DNA of 63,615 nucleotides, counting the filler, from Collodictyon triciliatum (lineage: Eukaryota): NCBI GenBank assembly GCA_043381765.1. It is 6 parts of 6 records of this genome, joined end to end, with 100 filler letters (N's around TTAATTAATTAA, not from the genome) between each part and the next. Parts side by side here need not be neighbours in the genome. Positions count along the whole stretch, not along the records: positions 1 to 11,754 come from JBHJMP010002323.1; positions 11,855 to 23,592 come from JBHJMP010002324.1; 4 more parts are not named here. The stretch is one strand, 5' to 3'. This document shows, piece after piece, positions 1-13,336 of the stretch. The notes beneath the pieces are model-generated. The model was not told the origin of the DNA. It saw nothing but the letters and a program-made list of their open reading frames with translations, and ran no database searches. The position numbers and the translations under genes are program-made. Every line of letters starts with the position of its first letter. Position 1 is the stretch's first letter.

Positions 1-80
1 GGACATGTACAATATATTCGCAAATAGTTAAAATAAGGTATAATAATAATTCACACAGTTTCGATAATTCAATTCAAAGC

Positions 81-1801
81 TCAGCCACTTTTGTTTGTTG
101 GATTCTCGTCTAGCTCTGCGAGATTGGCTGTGACCAGTGAGGCTTCGAATAAATCGTGACATCTGACAAGGGATAGATAATCAAATGTTTTCATACGATA
201 TGTTGATGCGTTTGGCAGCAGTGTGGGGGGTGTGTCATCTCCCAGGTCGGCAGGCTTTTCCACGGGTGTCTTTGTTTTTGAGTGTTGCTTTGTGTGATGG
301 TGCTTGCATGTCTGGTGTTTTTCCTGCGGTTTGAACGAAAATAGTTTAAGGATGACGGGAAAAAAGGATAGATTTTCTTTTCCTGTTAGCATTTCTATCC
401 TATTTCCTGTTCCTAAGATATATAAAACCTTGGAAAACTTGGATTTCGATTTGTCTTTCTGTGGTGGTTCACAGCTGGTGGTAGCAGGTGGTAGAACTAA
501 AAAAAACGTGTCATCGCACGATTAGAAATCATTCTCTTATTCCATGAAAGATAAGAGCTCAATTCAAATATATTCTGCACAATACAATTTTCGGTATCAA
601 TCAACAACTTGATTGAATGAGTAACCTGATGGCTCGTTCTGATACCAAGGATGTTGGGAGTACCCATATGATGTATTTTGGAATGAGGCATCAGCCGCGT
701 CCCATTGTGCATATGAATTAGGTGTAGGATTTATCATCGACACAACTTGCTGCATCATCTGCCCAACCATGTGACCCATCATTTGGCCAATCACCTGTGC
801 CTGTGATGGTTGTGGCGGGTGCCAATACGACGCCCACATATGATTTTGATTCCAGGATGCATTCATCACATTGTCTACATCGGCTGGTGTCTGTTGAGCA
901 GGGTCAATAGGGTCTGGCGCCCTTTTCTTTCCAGAATTCAAAGATAACTTGCTGGTTCCCTTTTCAGATCAATGTCCGATTTGTGAGATATGGATAGAAA
1001 CGCCTGATTGTATGACACACACATATATATGGCTTACTAATCTAATTATCAGGCACATACCTCCTTCCGTTTTTTAGATGGAAGCAAAACCGTTGTTTCT
1101 TCTGCGACCACCGCAGGGATGGATCTCTTCATTTGCTCCTGTAGATGGTTTTGTGGAATTCATATCGACGCGATGCAGTAATTGGCTGCCCGAAGATGGG
1201 GCGCATAGGAACGGTGGTGGGAATCTGGTTCAATTATGAAAGGTGCATAATGATTCAATATTCACCCGAAACTCGTCTATGCCCTCGTCCCACGCGCGTT
1301 GCAGCTCAGTATCGTCCCAGATATCATCCTAAATACCAAGTGAAACCAATTCAGAGAGAAGCGAATGACACCAGTACAGAGATGGCTGAATAGGTGCGAA
1401 ATCGAAATGAGTGTAAAGTGGATATAATAGATATAATAGATATAATAGATATAATAGATATAATAGATATAATAGATATAAAATAGATGTAAAATAGATG
1501 TAAAATAGATGTAAAATAGATGTAAAATAGATGTAAAATAGATATAAAATAGATATAAAATAGATATAAAATAGATATAAAATAGATATAAAATAGATAT
1601 AAAATAGATATAAAATAGATATAAAATAGATATAAAATAGATATAATAAATATGTGTAAATGGACACAAACGATATTACAGGAATTAAAAGATATTGAGA
1701 GGGCAAGGGTCGTCTGATTGTCGACCAAAGTGCCAACTCACATTCCCAAAAGACAGATCGACCGGGATTCCTTCCTCATTCTCGCCGGACGATTCACTCA
1801 T
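81..1801 (-). CDS. SMN-like protein (Gemin2-binding N-terminal motif), multi-exon
   Basis: Exon 1 1801-1742 (MSESSGENEEGIPVDLSFGN) splices GT-AG in phase 0 to exon 1328-1266 DDIWDDTELQRAWDEGIDEFR, matching the SMN Gemin2-binding motif (human DIWDDTALIKAYDKAV). Further exons at 1138-1061, ~1003-628 (Q/M/P-rich) and ~500-81. 3' structure uncertain. Confidence 0.55.
1421..1648. repeat. Compound 9-/11-mer tandem repeat (GATATAATA)n/(GATRTAAAATA)n, intronic in the SMN-like gene
   Basis: Directly visible tandem units; explains the spurious Y/I/F/L-rich ORFs at 1277-1736. Confidence 0.95.
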
Positions 1802-2024
1802 GGCGCTTCGTTGACGACCTCGAGCCAGAGATCGCCCAATATTAGTTTGTCTCTGTTGCTTGTTGGCTTTTGGCCGAGGTTTCGGGTTGGCAGATCCTTC
1901 TTCAGAAAGCGTGAGTTTTGTGGACAAATTATTTTCCACATATGTACCAACAGATTTTATTTCATGGAATGTTCGAGGATACATCGACTGTCAAAGAAAC
2001 CCAAAGAAAACTAATGCGAGTGTG

Positions 2025-5000
2025 ATGCCAGAGAAGGCGAGGAAAAGGAAAGGAAAAGCCCCAGTTCCTGAGATGCCCCGGAGTCAAGAGAGTCGCCTGC
2101 AAAGAAACCTTGCGTGACGAAGAGCCATGCAAATATTTTCTTGAAAAGTACAGGATTGCTGAGCAGATATTAGCCCGTAAAGCAGATAACAGATGAGCAA
2201 GTCTCGCCCAGAGGAATGGAAGGCAGTCGCCAAGGAAAGCACAACGACCTCGGGAAGCAGCAGGTTGGAGAGGAGTGACCTGGAAATGTCCGAGCACGGG
2301 ACTGCGAAACGGGAAATGTTTGTGCTCACAAAGGAAGTCCGAGCTGCGCAGTCACATGTAGGAGGCAAATCAAAAGTGTCTCATCAGGAGATCAGAAGAG
2401 ACGGTTCACAGGATGGTTCTGAAGCAAAGTCGATACAACCCTTGGAGGATAGGCTCACACAGTTGCAGAAGGAATTTGAACTCCGAATTCAGAGTGAACA
2501 GAAGCTTCCGCCCCCTCAGATATCGGGGCGCACGCTGAGGTATATATCTTTTTATTCAATAACTTGCACAGGCGTGGAGACAGCAGAGACACAAAACCAT
2601 TAGTTTGATGACTTGGTCAGACATACTCTGCACGTGGGAGAAAATGTCCTTCTTTTTTTCTTGAAAAATAACTTGCTCACAAAAACAAACAGATTTGAAG
2701 CTGATAGTCTCGAAGCAGGATACACAACTGAGGTCGTTGAAAAATCATTACACATCGCTGTCACCGTCATAGTTTTTCTTTTTCTCTATTCTGCAAATAC
2801 AGGATTCGCAAGGTAGCAATTCATTTTCGGACATCCTCGATTTTTTCTCCCAATAAACACCTTTGAATTTTTCAACATTTCATCATTAATTTCTAGACTG
2901 TTGCAACCTGTATTTTCATACGTAAACATGAACAGGCTGCAGATAAATAGAAGGACGTCTGCCTTGCTCTACTTTATTCTTGTATTCATATCTATTCTCT
3001 ATGGTGCTCTGTTCATCACCCTAAAAAAGAAGTTCAATAGTAGAGAACAGAAGGATTTCTATACTAGGTTTTTTTTCATTTATTTATCTTGAATATTTAA
3101 TTAAAAACAAGGTTTGGAAGTTCACTTTTAAATCAAATAATAAAAATAATGAATAGGTTGTACATAAAAGCGCACGGAAGTATGTACTTTATGTTGATGA
3201 CCATCTTCAGTTTACAGATAAAATTCTTCCAGGCGTCACGTGTCCTGACCGAAAACGAGATTGTCATACTGGTATGTCCCATTTGATTAAAGTCGAGTAA
3301 TAAAATAATGATTTATGTCAATATTCGATAGTTGGCTGTGGTTACCTTGCCTGGAGACTATCGCACCCAGTTGTTTGTGACCATTTATGCCAACATTCTT
3401 CCTTTTTTTCTATTGGTGATATCGACCTCTGACATGCATGTCATTTATCGATGCATGATGCCCTTGATATCTACCTCTCTGGTTAGCATCATAACTTTGC
3501 AAATTCTGGATAGGCAAAGAAGAAAGTAAGATAATACTATGTTAAAAATTGTAAAAAAAAAAAGAAATATTTTGTCTCAAGAACATCTCTAATATTTTAT
3601 GATAAACAAAATCAAAGAACTAACAAATAAAAAACAAGCTCCTACTATGCAAGATTGAAGATGACTTTCTTAAAGGAGGAGATAATGTCCACAAAAGAAA
3701 AGACCAAAGCAATTCTGTCAAATCTATATCCAATGTAGGAAATCACCCAATTAAATTATGCGAATCACTGAAATTAAATATAATCTTAATAGTTTTTCTA
3801 ATGATATAAATTGGCCAGACCTGTTGTAAATCATCTAGTTCATAACACAAATATTCCAAGCTATTCAAGTCATAAAGCATTAGTGGTTTGCATTTCAATT
3901 GAAAGTCGGCTGACTCTAAAAGGGCTACCCCAGAGCATCAAGGAAGTCGAAAAAGCTTATGCGTGAGTTTATATGTTGTATCATTGTGATAAAATAAATA
4001 ATTCTAACAATATCCTTTCCAGAATCACTGCCCGAATTATGGACAGGTATGTTTTAAAAAAAAGTTAAAGTAAAACTTTCTGCTGTTTTCATACTGATAT
4101 CTCTGTTAGATTCAAGATACACAAAGTGAAATCGGCAGGTTCCTTTTTTCCAGAATGCTTCATTTTGTTTCTGTTTTTTAAATTCTAATGCTCATCCCGT
4201 ATTAATTCTACAAACTCTTGTAAATGGTAATGCTTCAGGGCTCATCTTAGTGGTATGCAACGTTTTTTTCCTAATTATATTCGAAGGAATGTGACTTTGA
4301 ATCGAATAAAGGAAAAAAATATTCGAAGGAATGTGTAAACTTAATTTACTCTTCGATGCATCGTTTTCCATCGTATTCCCCAGCTTGTCAAATTAAAGAA
4401 TTGATAAATCGTATCCAGGGTGTTAGTGGCTTGTTTGGAGAGGACATAGCTGATATCTTACCATTTTGCCAACACCTGCACAAAAGACTGAAGAAAACGG
4501 TTCCCTCAATGATGGTTTGATTATGATTATTTTGAATCACTCAGACAAACTGAAGAAAAAATATACAAACAACGAATCGAAGTGGAAATGCTTACTACCA
4601 TTTTTCAAGATTTCGATAGGAATAGCCACTGGCAGAGTTGAGGGAGGCATTATCACTTATTCGAAACATTCTTTTGACTTGATTGGAGAGGGTATGATAA
4701 TCGTAAAAAAAAAAACCCCATTTTTTAAATCCAAGTAAATTTTATGCGATTGATGTTATCATAAGATAATAATCTGCGCCCAGTGAAGTCTTCACTAGAA
4801 TTCTATAACATCATGACAAATTCAAAAGCGTATGACAAAGCGATGGAGGGACATCTGCTCTGCTCTCCTGGGGAAATATGTGTGGATGAGCACACTAAAA
4901 ATGAATTTCTTCAAAAGATCAATGTAAGTTGTATAATATTCTACCTTTAAAATGCCTGACAATTATGTAAATAATCATGTTTATAGTGACGTCAATTTCT

Positions 5001-7581
5001 CTGATTACAACATTTCTTTGCAGATTGTTAGTTCTATTCACATTCACACATTCTCGGAGCATGAGACTAGAAAAGGCATGTGGTTTTTACAATTGAAGGA
5101 TGGTTGTAATTTAGAGCTCATAAGAAATGATATTGCGGGGGGTAGAAACAACACAATTCTTTCGGAAGCACACAGTGTCAATGATGATAACTTTGCAATA
5201 TCCCCAAGGACAGAAATTCAAGATGAATATATTGATAAGGTCTACCTCAACTAGCGATATTGCTTGATAAAGTATTCATGATTAAATGGAGCATTTCCCC
5301 CTAGATGTCAGATCCGTTCTTGCGGGCAAGAAAAGAAAGGGGTTGGATAGCTTATCTAGGTGTTCTTGATTTTCGGGATGGAGTACTTGAAAAAGAGTTT
5401 TCAAACTCTTTGAGAACGGTTCAAAATAAATTTCCAATAGGGTATGATTACTATTCCCTTATATTATTAAATAATGTCTGATAATCAACTAGTGAATAAT
5501 ATGTTGGTGTAAAAACTCTTCCTGTTCATAATAGAATTCAGCTGATGGTATACGTCATGTGCACGCTTCTTTTTGGAGTGATAGATATCGGTCTTTTGAA
5601 CAAATATGTAGATTTAGACTTTCAAATTCAATTTTACATATTTGCTCGTTTTTACATTCTCTGTCCGATTCTATTACTATTTTGTCTGGCATTTGCTTTT
5701 GGGGATGCAAAAGAACACACATATCACGCTTATTTCAACGTTTGGATGATACCTTACATCGTCTCTGCAATGACGGTTGCGTTCTCCTTTTTTCGGGCTA
5801 CTTTAGTCTATTCGCACAATATTCACCCATATTTGAGTACCTTCGACAATGTGTTCTTTTTCTTTTCTGAAGTTTATCAGACAGGATATTTCTATATATC
5901 CATATTCACAATAAGACCCAGAAGGATAGCTCTTCAATATGTAATATGGACAGCTTACTCATGTTTGATGTACTATCTGTACGGAGAAAATATGGGGTAA
6001 GTGTTTTTAGTTTTTCATTCCATCAAATTACAATATGTATCGCCATTTTGGCTTCACATTTTATATGTTGAAGGACTTTATTTTTAACCAGTTTTTTTTT
6101 AAGGATACCCCAAGAGGATACAATAAGCTTCTGCGTTTCTCTAATCCTAATACCTTTCGCTTTGTTTTGGGTGTTTACTACTTTCCGAGACTATTCAGCC
6201 AGGAAGGAGTTCTTGGATGGAGAATATTTAAAGGAGGCAGGCTCAATATTTTAACCTTTATTCGCATGTTACTATTGATATTAATACTCTAATGTTTTAT
6301 CTCTGAATTGCACGCTAATTTACTTGATTTTTAGACAATAAAAAAAGCTTCAGAGGAGCATGAATGTGCCGAACAAGCACTCATTTCAACACTAGGAGTG
6401 AAAATCGCAGATAACATAATGTCCGAATCCTGCCTGAAAATAGAGAATTCAACCGAGGAGGCAGTAATTCTCCTCCGTTTTAATCACAGTCGTTTTTTTA
6501 AACAGGAAACGCAGACCGAAGAGAAATTTTCTGAATTATCAGGTAGCACACTAAATAACTAAATAATATTTCGACTTGTACCATAATCATGTTGAAGAAT
6601 ACGAGATTACCATTCTGATCGAGTTTTAACTTTAAGATTTGGTCGTAATAATTGAGCGAGAATGCTATGAATTTGGGCTGGAAATATCCAGAACTTTGGG
6701 TGATATTATTTTGGTACAATTTTTTACATCGATAGGAAAAAATTCTTAAAACTATTGACTAGCATATGAATCGTAGATTCAACCAATAAGTTCGTTGAAT
6801 TCGAAAGATGCCCCAAAAAACCAACCGAAATACACGGACAAAAATAAAAGTCGCAGCATAGTTCAGTTTAGCTTCCATGTGAGTCATTCAACTTACTTTC
6901 TCGGTTATTGAGTGAATCCAGATAAAAAAAATATTATCATTTCAATGATGATGGGAGACAGGACACTAATTTTTACCACAGATTATGCAAAATTTACGAA
7001 AAATTGCGGGATTGAATGGAAGCCATGAGTTCTATATTTCTATATGTATCGATGTTGGCGAGGTCTTCCATGGAATAATGGGTAACTTCTTTTTTCATGG
7101 AAATACCAATTTATTTTATTTTTTTCCCATGAAATGATAAACTTTTACTAATCAATTAGGAGAGGAAAAGTTAACATTTGATGTGTTTGGAGAGCCAGGT
7201 AGTTCATTGATGAATATAACTACATGACAAACATTGCGATGTTTCCTCATTATGTATCCCTTTATGCAGTAATCAAAGCAATTCATATGTCACAAAGAGC
7301 CTCACCGAGTGGAATTTATGTAAAGTCCTCAATAAATTATTCACGATTGAGCGATGTGTTGATTTGCGCACTAAAGATATCGTATATAGGTGACGCATGC
7401 TTTTCGAGAGAAACTGTCAGGTATTTCGTGTTTTGATGACATGTTCAGCTACAGGTTGCATCTGAAAGGCGAGGAGACAGATATCTACACCTTGCAAGAG
7501 AAGACTGACGTTTGGGGAATGTTCATACAATACATTCCTTGGGTCGCCGATACAGCAGAAAGTGATGACGCAAATTTATAG
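2025..7581 (+). CDS. Transmembrane class III nucleotide cyclase-like protein (TM-C1-TM-C2 architecture), many exons; start uncertain
   Basis: Hydrophobic exons ~2690-3525 and ~5535-6240. C1 motifs ILSNLYP, FKIHKVKSAG|LILV|GVSGL, FKISIGIATGRVEGGIITYSKHSFDLIGE|AYDKAMEG..SPGEICVDE (3700-4925). C2 motifs LEISRTLGD, ISICIDVGEVFHGIMG|EEKLTFDVFGEP|VIKAIH..SPSGIY, LKGEETDIYTL (6335-7581). All joined by GT-AG introns; stop TAG at 7579-7581. Confidence 0.75.
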
Positions 7582-8781
7582 CATCTGGATGCGGATTTAT
7601 TATCATTTCTGAGTAGTCTGAAAGTCCTTTATTGTTCCAAGGCTTCCGCTCATTTCGCGCTTGTCAATTTATTTTATTTTGAAATTCATCAGCAAGAAAA
7701 AAAAAACGTATAGCATCTCTTCCAATTTTATGTTACAAGAAAAAGGGCCTCACCAGTTTGGTTTTTTTCTTGTTTTGGAAAGTTGCAAGTGGGTTCCTAT
7801 ATCACCACGAACAGAACATCTCCACCCGGTGAATTTCTTTATTTAAGGAACAAATCCGTTGCTTGGCTAGAGCCCAAATCCATAGCCTTTTGAAACGCGA
7901 ATGTAAACACTCTGCAAATCATTATTTTTTTGTTTCATCCTTTCGACATGATATCCTTTCCAAGGTGAATGCTCCTGAAATCGAATAAAAACTGTTTGGT
8001 TTGGATTTTCTTAGACTGAACCAAACGTTTTCTGCATAATGCCTTTTTTTCAGGTTATTGTCGATTGGCTGGTCTTCAACTCTGGCCTGCCATGAAGCAC
8101 TGCTTTATTCGTTCTGACTTTTGATTAATAGAGTATTCTCATGAACAGTTGCAGATGCAAAAAAAAAAAAAAAACCAAGATATTTCAATACTAGAATGTA
8201 TTCGTTTTCGGTGGAGCTATACTTGCATCAAACAAACCCAATGTGCTGATTAGTCCTTTTCAGTTAGTATTTTTTTTTTTTTCACATGAGGTGTTGGTAC
8301 GTTGCTTTGTGGATACGGTTTGCCTGTCTTCCTAGCTCGCGTTCGATAGCTTGACAAAGACTTTGAGCGAAGGGATGCCAGGAGAAAGGGATGTCTATGA
8401 TTTGTCCATCATGCTAGCGAAACAATTGAGGAAGTCGCAGCCCAAATTCATTCTCTCCTGGACTGCAGCCCGATGCAAAGAAAACGGATATCGTTGAGCT
8501 TTCAATATTGCCTGTTTTTATGGCGCATAAGCTTCAAACAAAAAATCTTTGTTCCACCCTCGTAAATTCCAACTATAGTTCTCTTATCTGGAAAATATTT
8601 TGCAAAACCACTGCAGCCCACAAAAACAAAACACTTCATCGCCAGATCCACAAGCCATGCTCGACACAGCGAAGCACGAAGACCAGCGCTGAGTGAAAAA
8701 CCTTGTTTTGCCTGCTCACCAGTTTTTCATCCCAACGCATGAGCCACGGAGCCTCATAATTTTTTGTTTCTATCCCTTAGA

Positions 8782-11244
8782 ATGCCGCCCAAGAAAACCA
8801 CGAAGCAGGCTGCGAATGCAACAGGCAAGGTTTGAAGTCATAAAGTTATGTGAAGCGAAAAGAATAGAGATAAACCAAATAATTGATGAATAAATTAATA
8901 AAAACAAACAAATAAAAGAGCAGATTCAGTATTGTCGACGGTTTGTTTAGAATTTTCGTTTTTGTTTTTTTTTTGAAATGGGAGACAAGCTCTTCTCAAG
9001 CAGCGACGTTCTTTCAGAACCATTCTCAGGCCAAAGCAGCACCGAAAGAGGAGCCGGTCGAACCGCAACCGAAGGAAACAAGCGAAGATGCAGACATTCC
9101 TGAGCAGCTCAGTTCTCAGATGGAGCTCGTTCTACAGTGGTCCAGCCAAGTGATGGAGAGTAAAAAGAACCTGAATCACATTCTCGGCCTGTTGAAACTA
9201 GCAGACGTAATTCTTTACACGAAGAAAAACAAATACAGACTCTTCCATACCGTTCATGAGTGTTGATAACATACCATGAAGGCAATATATTCTTTGGAAA
9301 TGCACAGCAGCCTGCGTATCCTCTTATTTTTTTTAATATTATATTTTTTTTTTATTGCTTATTGTTACACCTTTGATTTGCCTTACAATATCATTTATTA
9401 ACCTCTCCAATCCATGTATAGTCAAAGCATGATCGTGTAGTCATCACAAGCCTTTTGCGTTTACGAGAAATATTCCTGTCTCTTTACCAGTCTGGTGATA
9501 TTCCAGCCGAGACGTAAGCGTTTCATTTTTTTCTAAAGCGGCTCTTCTGATTTATTTATGTATTTATTTATTTATGTATTTATGTATTTATCTATTTAAT
9601 GACGTGTTTATCCTCTGATTTCTACACCCCCTCTATCGTGAACCCGCAACAATCAATTCAGTTCTACAAAGAGGCAAAAAAGAGAAGATGGGAATTCTAC
9701 TTCTGCTATTTTGACTTCATGGCTGCAGAAGACTGTTAACTCTGTGTTTGAATTATGTTTGAAGCATGTGCACCGCTTAAGCTCACCAGGAGTTCAGGTT
9801 TGTCAACAGAATATTTTCATATATAAATTTAAACTACTATTACATGCAAATCATTGGGGTTGTCACATTTAAACCACAATCTCATCAGAGTGCGGCTGTT
9901 CAAACTCTAATGCGACTATGTCAGCCGTACCAACGAGATCCTACAGATAGAAAGTACATATAATTTATTATAATATTCCATTTGATAACCTTGCATGAAG
10001 TGACTCTCAAACGATTATCCAATCAAACCATTGAATTGTATATCACTTAAATTCACTCCAAAAACAAAAACAAAAATATCCATCATTAATTGTATTATCT
10101 TCATGTGATAGTTTTAAATTGAAAAGCCTTCCAATTCACGACCTTACTCGCTCGCTTCTAATGAGCGTCAATGTCCACGAGTCCACCATCAATATATTCA
10201 TGGCTGACTTTTCAAAGTATGCCGACATATCATACGAAATCCTCTGCGAGATTTGGTGAGATTCGAAAACTTTGTTTTTTTCTTCTCGCGTTTGAATTTT
10301 GTCGAGCTACATGATATTTCATATTTATTGCATTTTTTTCGTACTTTTAAAATGAAACATTATAAACACTATATATGCGAGTGCTTCCTTTTACTAATAT
10401 ATACATTTTTCTTCACAAACAAATGTACTTTTTCGTAGTGAGATGTCACCGAATGAAAATGGGAATAACAATGTTAACATTGAATCTCATCACAGCACCC
10501 ATATACATTACTTTCAAATCATATCTACTTATTTTCGGGGAAAAAAACAACTGAAATTACCGTCCTATCGCTTGTTATTTTCTTTTTACAGCCTGATCTT
10601 CTTCCGCCAAACGATCCAATTGTCGCGACGCGAATATACAAGGTTTTGAAAGAACTCAAACCCATGAAAGGATTGAGTGATACCTCATCCTTTTTCGTTG
10701 GCCCATCCCCAAGTAAAGAAAAAAAACCTTTGAATAATATGAAAATAATAATATGCAGGATGTGATTCATGTATTTTCAAATTTACTGCATGTCTATCCT
10801 GCTAATTTTGTATCCCTTATTCGAACATTTGAGGTGTAGAAATAGTCTTTCCAGTGCGTGCGAAAATATAATTAATGCGCTGTTAAAATTACTGGAGGTC
10901 ATTCTATAATCTTTTACACTATTTGAACCCAATAGAAACCAAATTAAAGGCTAATGATAGCAAATCGCTATGGGACACACTGAAAGACCCTAAAGCAGAA
11001 TTCGATCCGTTTGAGCCTGGTGCTAAAAACAAAACCGCAAAAAAGAAAAGGCCCCTTTCTTCACTAGCGATTGCTGACCCAGCTGTGGATTTCTTTAAAA
11101 TGTACCACGCCCAGTCAACATCCGCTTGGCTCAGCTTTTTGAAGGTAAAAAGTTAATAAATTTGTTCATATTCAATTCGAAAATCGGATGCGTGTACACT
11201 CAAAAGATTGGGCGTGTCTATTTGTGAGTTCATGTAATGAAAAG

Positions 11245-11277
<33 letters not shown>

Positions 11278-11754
11278 TCGATTATTGTATTCTTATTTGC
11301 ACATAGCGCCCACTTCCCATTGACCTGTATAAAGTCATTCTCTCTGAAATACATGAATGCGTTATCCCACGCTTCCCATCGCCCTTGGCTTTATTCGATT
11401 TTCTTGTCAACTCATATAACATCGGTTAGATTATTTTTATAGATAGGAAAATTTGTCGTTTTACTATTCCTGCCCACTAGTTACATTTGTTTTTAAAATC
11501 TGTAACAAATTACACTCCCTTTTCTTTCTCATTAATGTCTATGAAAAAACTTTGAACTCGTAGGTGGTGTTGCAAGTCTTTTGTCGTTGCACGGTTTATT
11601 TGTGCTCATGACCAAGCATAATTTGTAAGACTTTGGTATCTTCAACGATATGGAACATCTCCCTTGATTAAATTGTCTCTGATATGCGAAAGAATTAATG
11701 ATGATAAAATAACAGGAATTACCCAGATTTTTACCAAAGATTATATGCTTTGCT
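8782..11754 (+). CDS. NOC4: Nucleolar complex protein 4 homolog (CBF/Mak21 domain), 3'-truncated at contig end
   Basis: Starts MPPKKTTKQ. Late exons encode PLPIDLYKVILSEIHECVIPRFPSPLALFDFLVNSYNI|GGVASLLSLHGLFVLMTKHNL|NYPDFYQRLYAL, closely matching NOC4L (GGALSLLALNGLFILIHKHNLEYPDFYRKLY). Confidence 0.9.
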
Positions 11755-11854
11755 NNNNNNNNNNNNNNNNNNNNNNNNNNNNNNNNNNNNNNNNNNNNTT
11801 AATTAATTAANNNNNNNNNNNNNNNNNNNNNNNNNNNNNNNNNNNNNNNNNNNN
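11755..11854. other. Artificial contig linker (44N-TTAATTAATTAA-44N)
   Basis: Identical 100-nt six-frame-stop spacer recurs five times in the window. Confidence 0.99.
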
Positions 11855-11963
<109 letters not shown>

Positions 11964-12095
11964 AAAGCATTGCCAGAAATAATTGTCATAAAAAGAAAAA
12001 TATGCTATATTTTATTTTTGAAGCGCTTTAATCGTCGCAAGTAATGATAATTAAAATAATTGAAATAAAGAAAGGGATGAAAGTAAACGCAATAC

Positions 12096-13336
12096 TTCAT
12101 TATTCGAGAAGTCCAGACTTTCCAGTTGTATTAATGTTGATATAGAATCGGGTAGGCTGGATATCTTGCAGAGTGTTTCATGGTGAGAAAATCGTAATAT
12201 TTTCATTTTGTATCTTTTTTTATATATATTTTATATCTTTTTATAAAGTTCATGGTTAAATTTTCTAATATTCGTAACATGTGTCTGTAACAATTATCTC
12301 AAAGGAAAATTCATAGCCTGATTGAATCGAAGTAAAGAAATGAACCTTGTTGTGGCTAATGTCAAACTTTTTTAATCTAATCAATTTACTAATAGATTCT
12401 GGCAAGTATGTAATCTGTGGAAATTATATAGAGAACGCAATTAGTTGGCTCAGTTAAAACAGGAAAATACGCACTTGATGATAGTACATATTTTAATGTA
12501 ATTGAAAGAACGTCTGTAGGATACACACTTGGTTATGTGATACATCCACAAGCTCAAAGTCCAGCCAGAGCTCTGTCAGATGCGATATGTCCTCCAAAGA
12601 TTCGTTTTGGTGATAAGGAGGATGTTTGTAAAGATACAAATTACATAAATGACTGTAGTCTGGCTGTTGTGTGTTTGACCAACAAGGAAGGGCCGAAAAT
12701 CCTTGGGGAACACTAGATAAAATGACCTTGCCTCTTGCCTCAATTTTCAACTCATGAAGTTTGGTAAAATTTGTTATCCAGATAGGCAGCTCTTTGATCT
12801 TCAGATTAAATAGAGGTATGTGATATTATTGGACTTACCAAATAGTCAGGAGAAGGGAAAATATAGTATAAATTGATCAGAGAACATATAATATCCTGTA
12901 GGATAAATGAAATGGTAAAGTACTCGAGAAAAAGGAAGGGTAAGGGAACGAGCGCTACTGTAAAGTTAATTGGGATAAAATGTCGATGAAAATATATAAA
13001 TATATGTATATAAGAAGGAAATTCACATCAAGCCAGAGAAAGTATAAGATAAAGGCTAAACTGCACTAGGAAGAAGATATATTAACTCACCGGGTTATCT
13101 GCTATGGACAGGGACGATATCAGAGTCAAATTAGACAATCCATCGCTCAATGCAGTGAGCTGATTTTCCTCAAGAACCAACTTTTGTAGTTTAGAGAGCA
13201 GCGAGAGCCCAGTTGGAAGGGTTTCGATGCCTCTGCGGGAGAGCAAGAGCCAGGAACAGGCCATAATACTCTCTCCTGAAGGATAATACTCAGGATTCAG
13301 AGCGACTATCTGTTGGATATCTGGCCCGTGAGACAT
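12096..13336 (-). CDS. Leucine-rich repeat protein (typical LxxLPxxIxxLxxL type), 3'-truncated
   Basis: Exons: IETLPTGLSLLSKLQKLVLEENQLTALSDGLSNLTLISSLSIADNP (13336-13091); IKELPIWITNFTKLHELKIE...VDVSHNQ; ITYLPESISKLIRLKKFDISHNK; ISSLPDSISTLIQLESLDFSNNE. The last two are single-repeat exons of about 69 nt. Confidence 0.85.

Noticed and set aside
1277-1736. Y/I/F/L-rich ORFs in three frames
   Set aside because: Translation of an intronic tandem repeat.
7700-8700. Possible small gene between the cyclase and NOC4, and a U12-like ATATCCTTT at 7951
   Set aside because: No consistent exon chain or recognisable motif; the nonamer is not within a supported gene.
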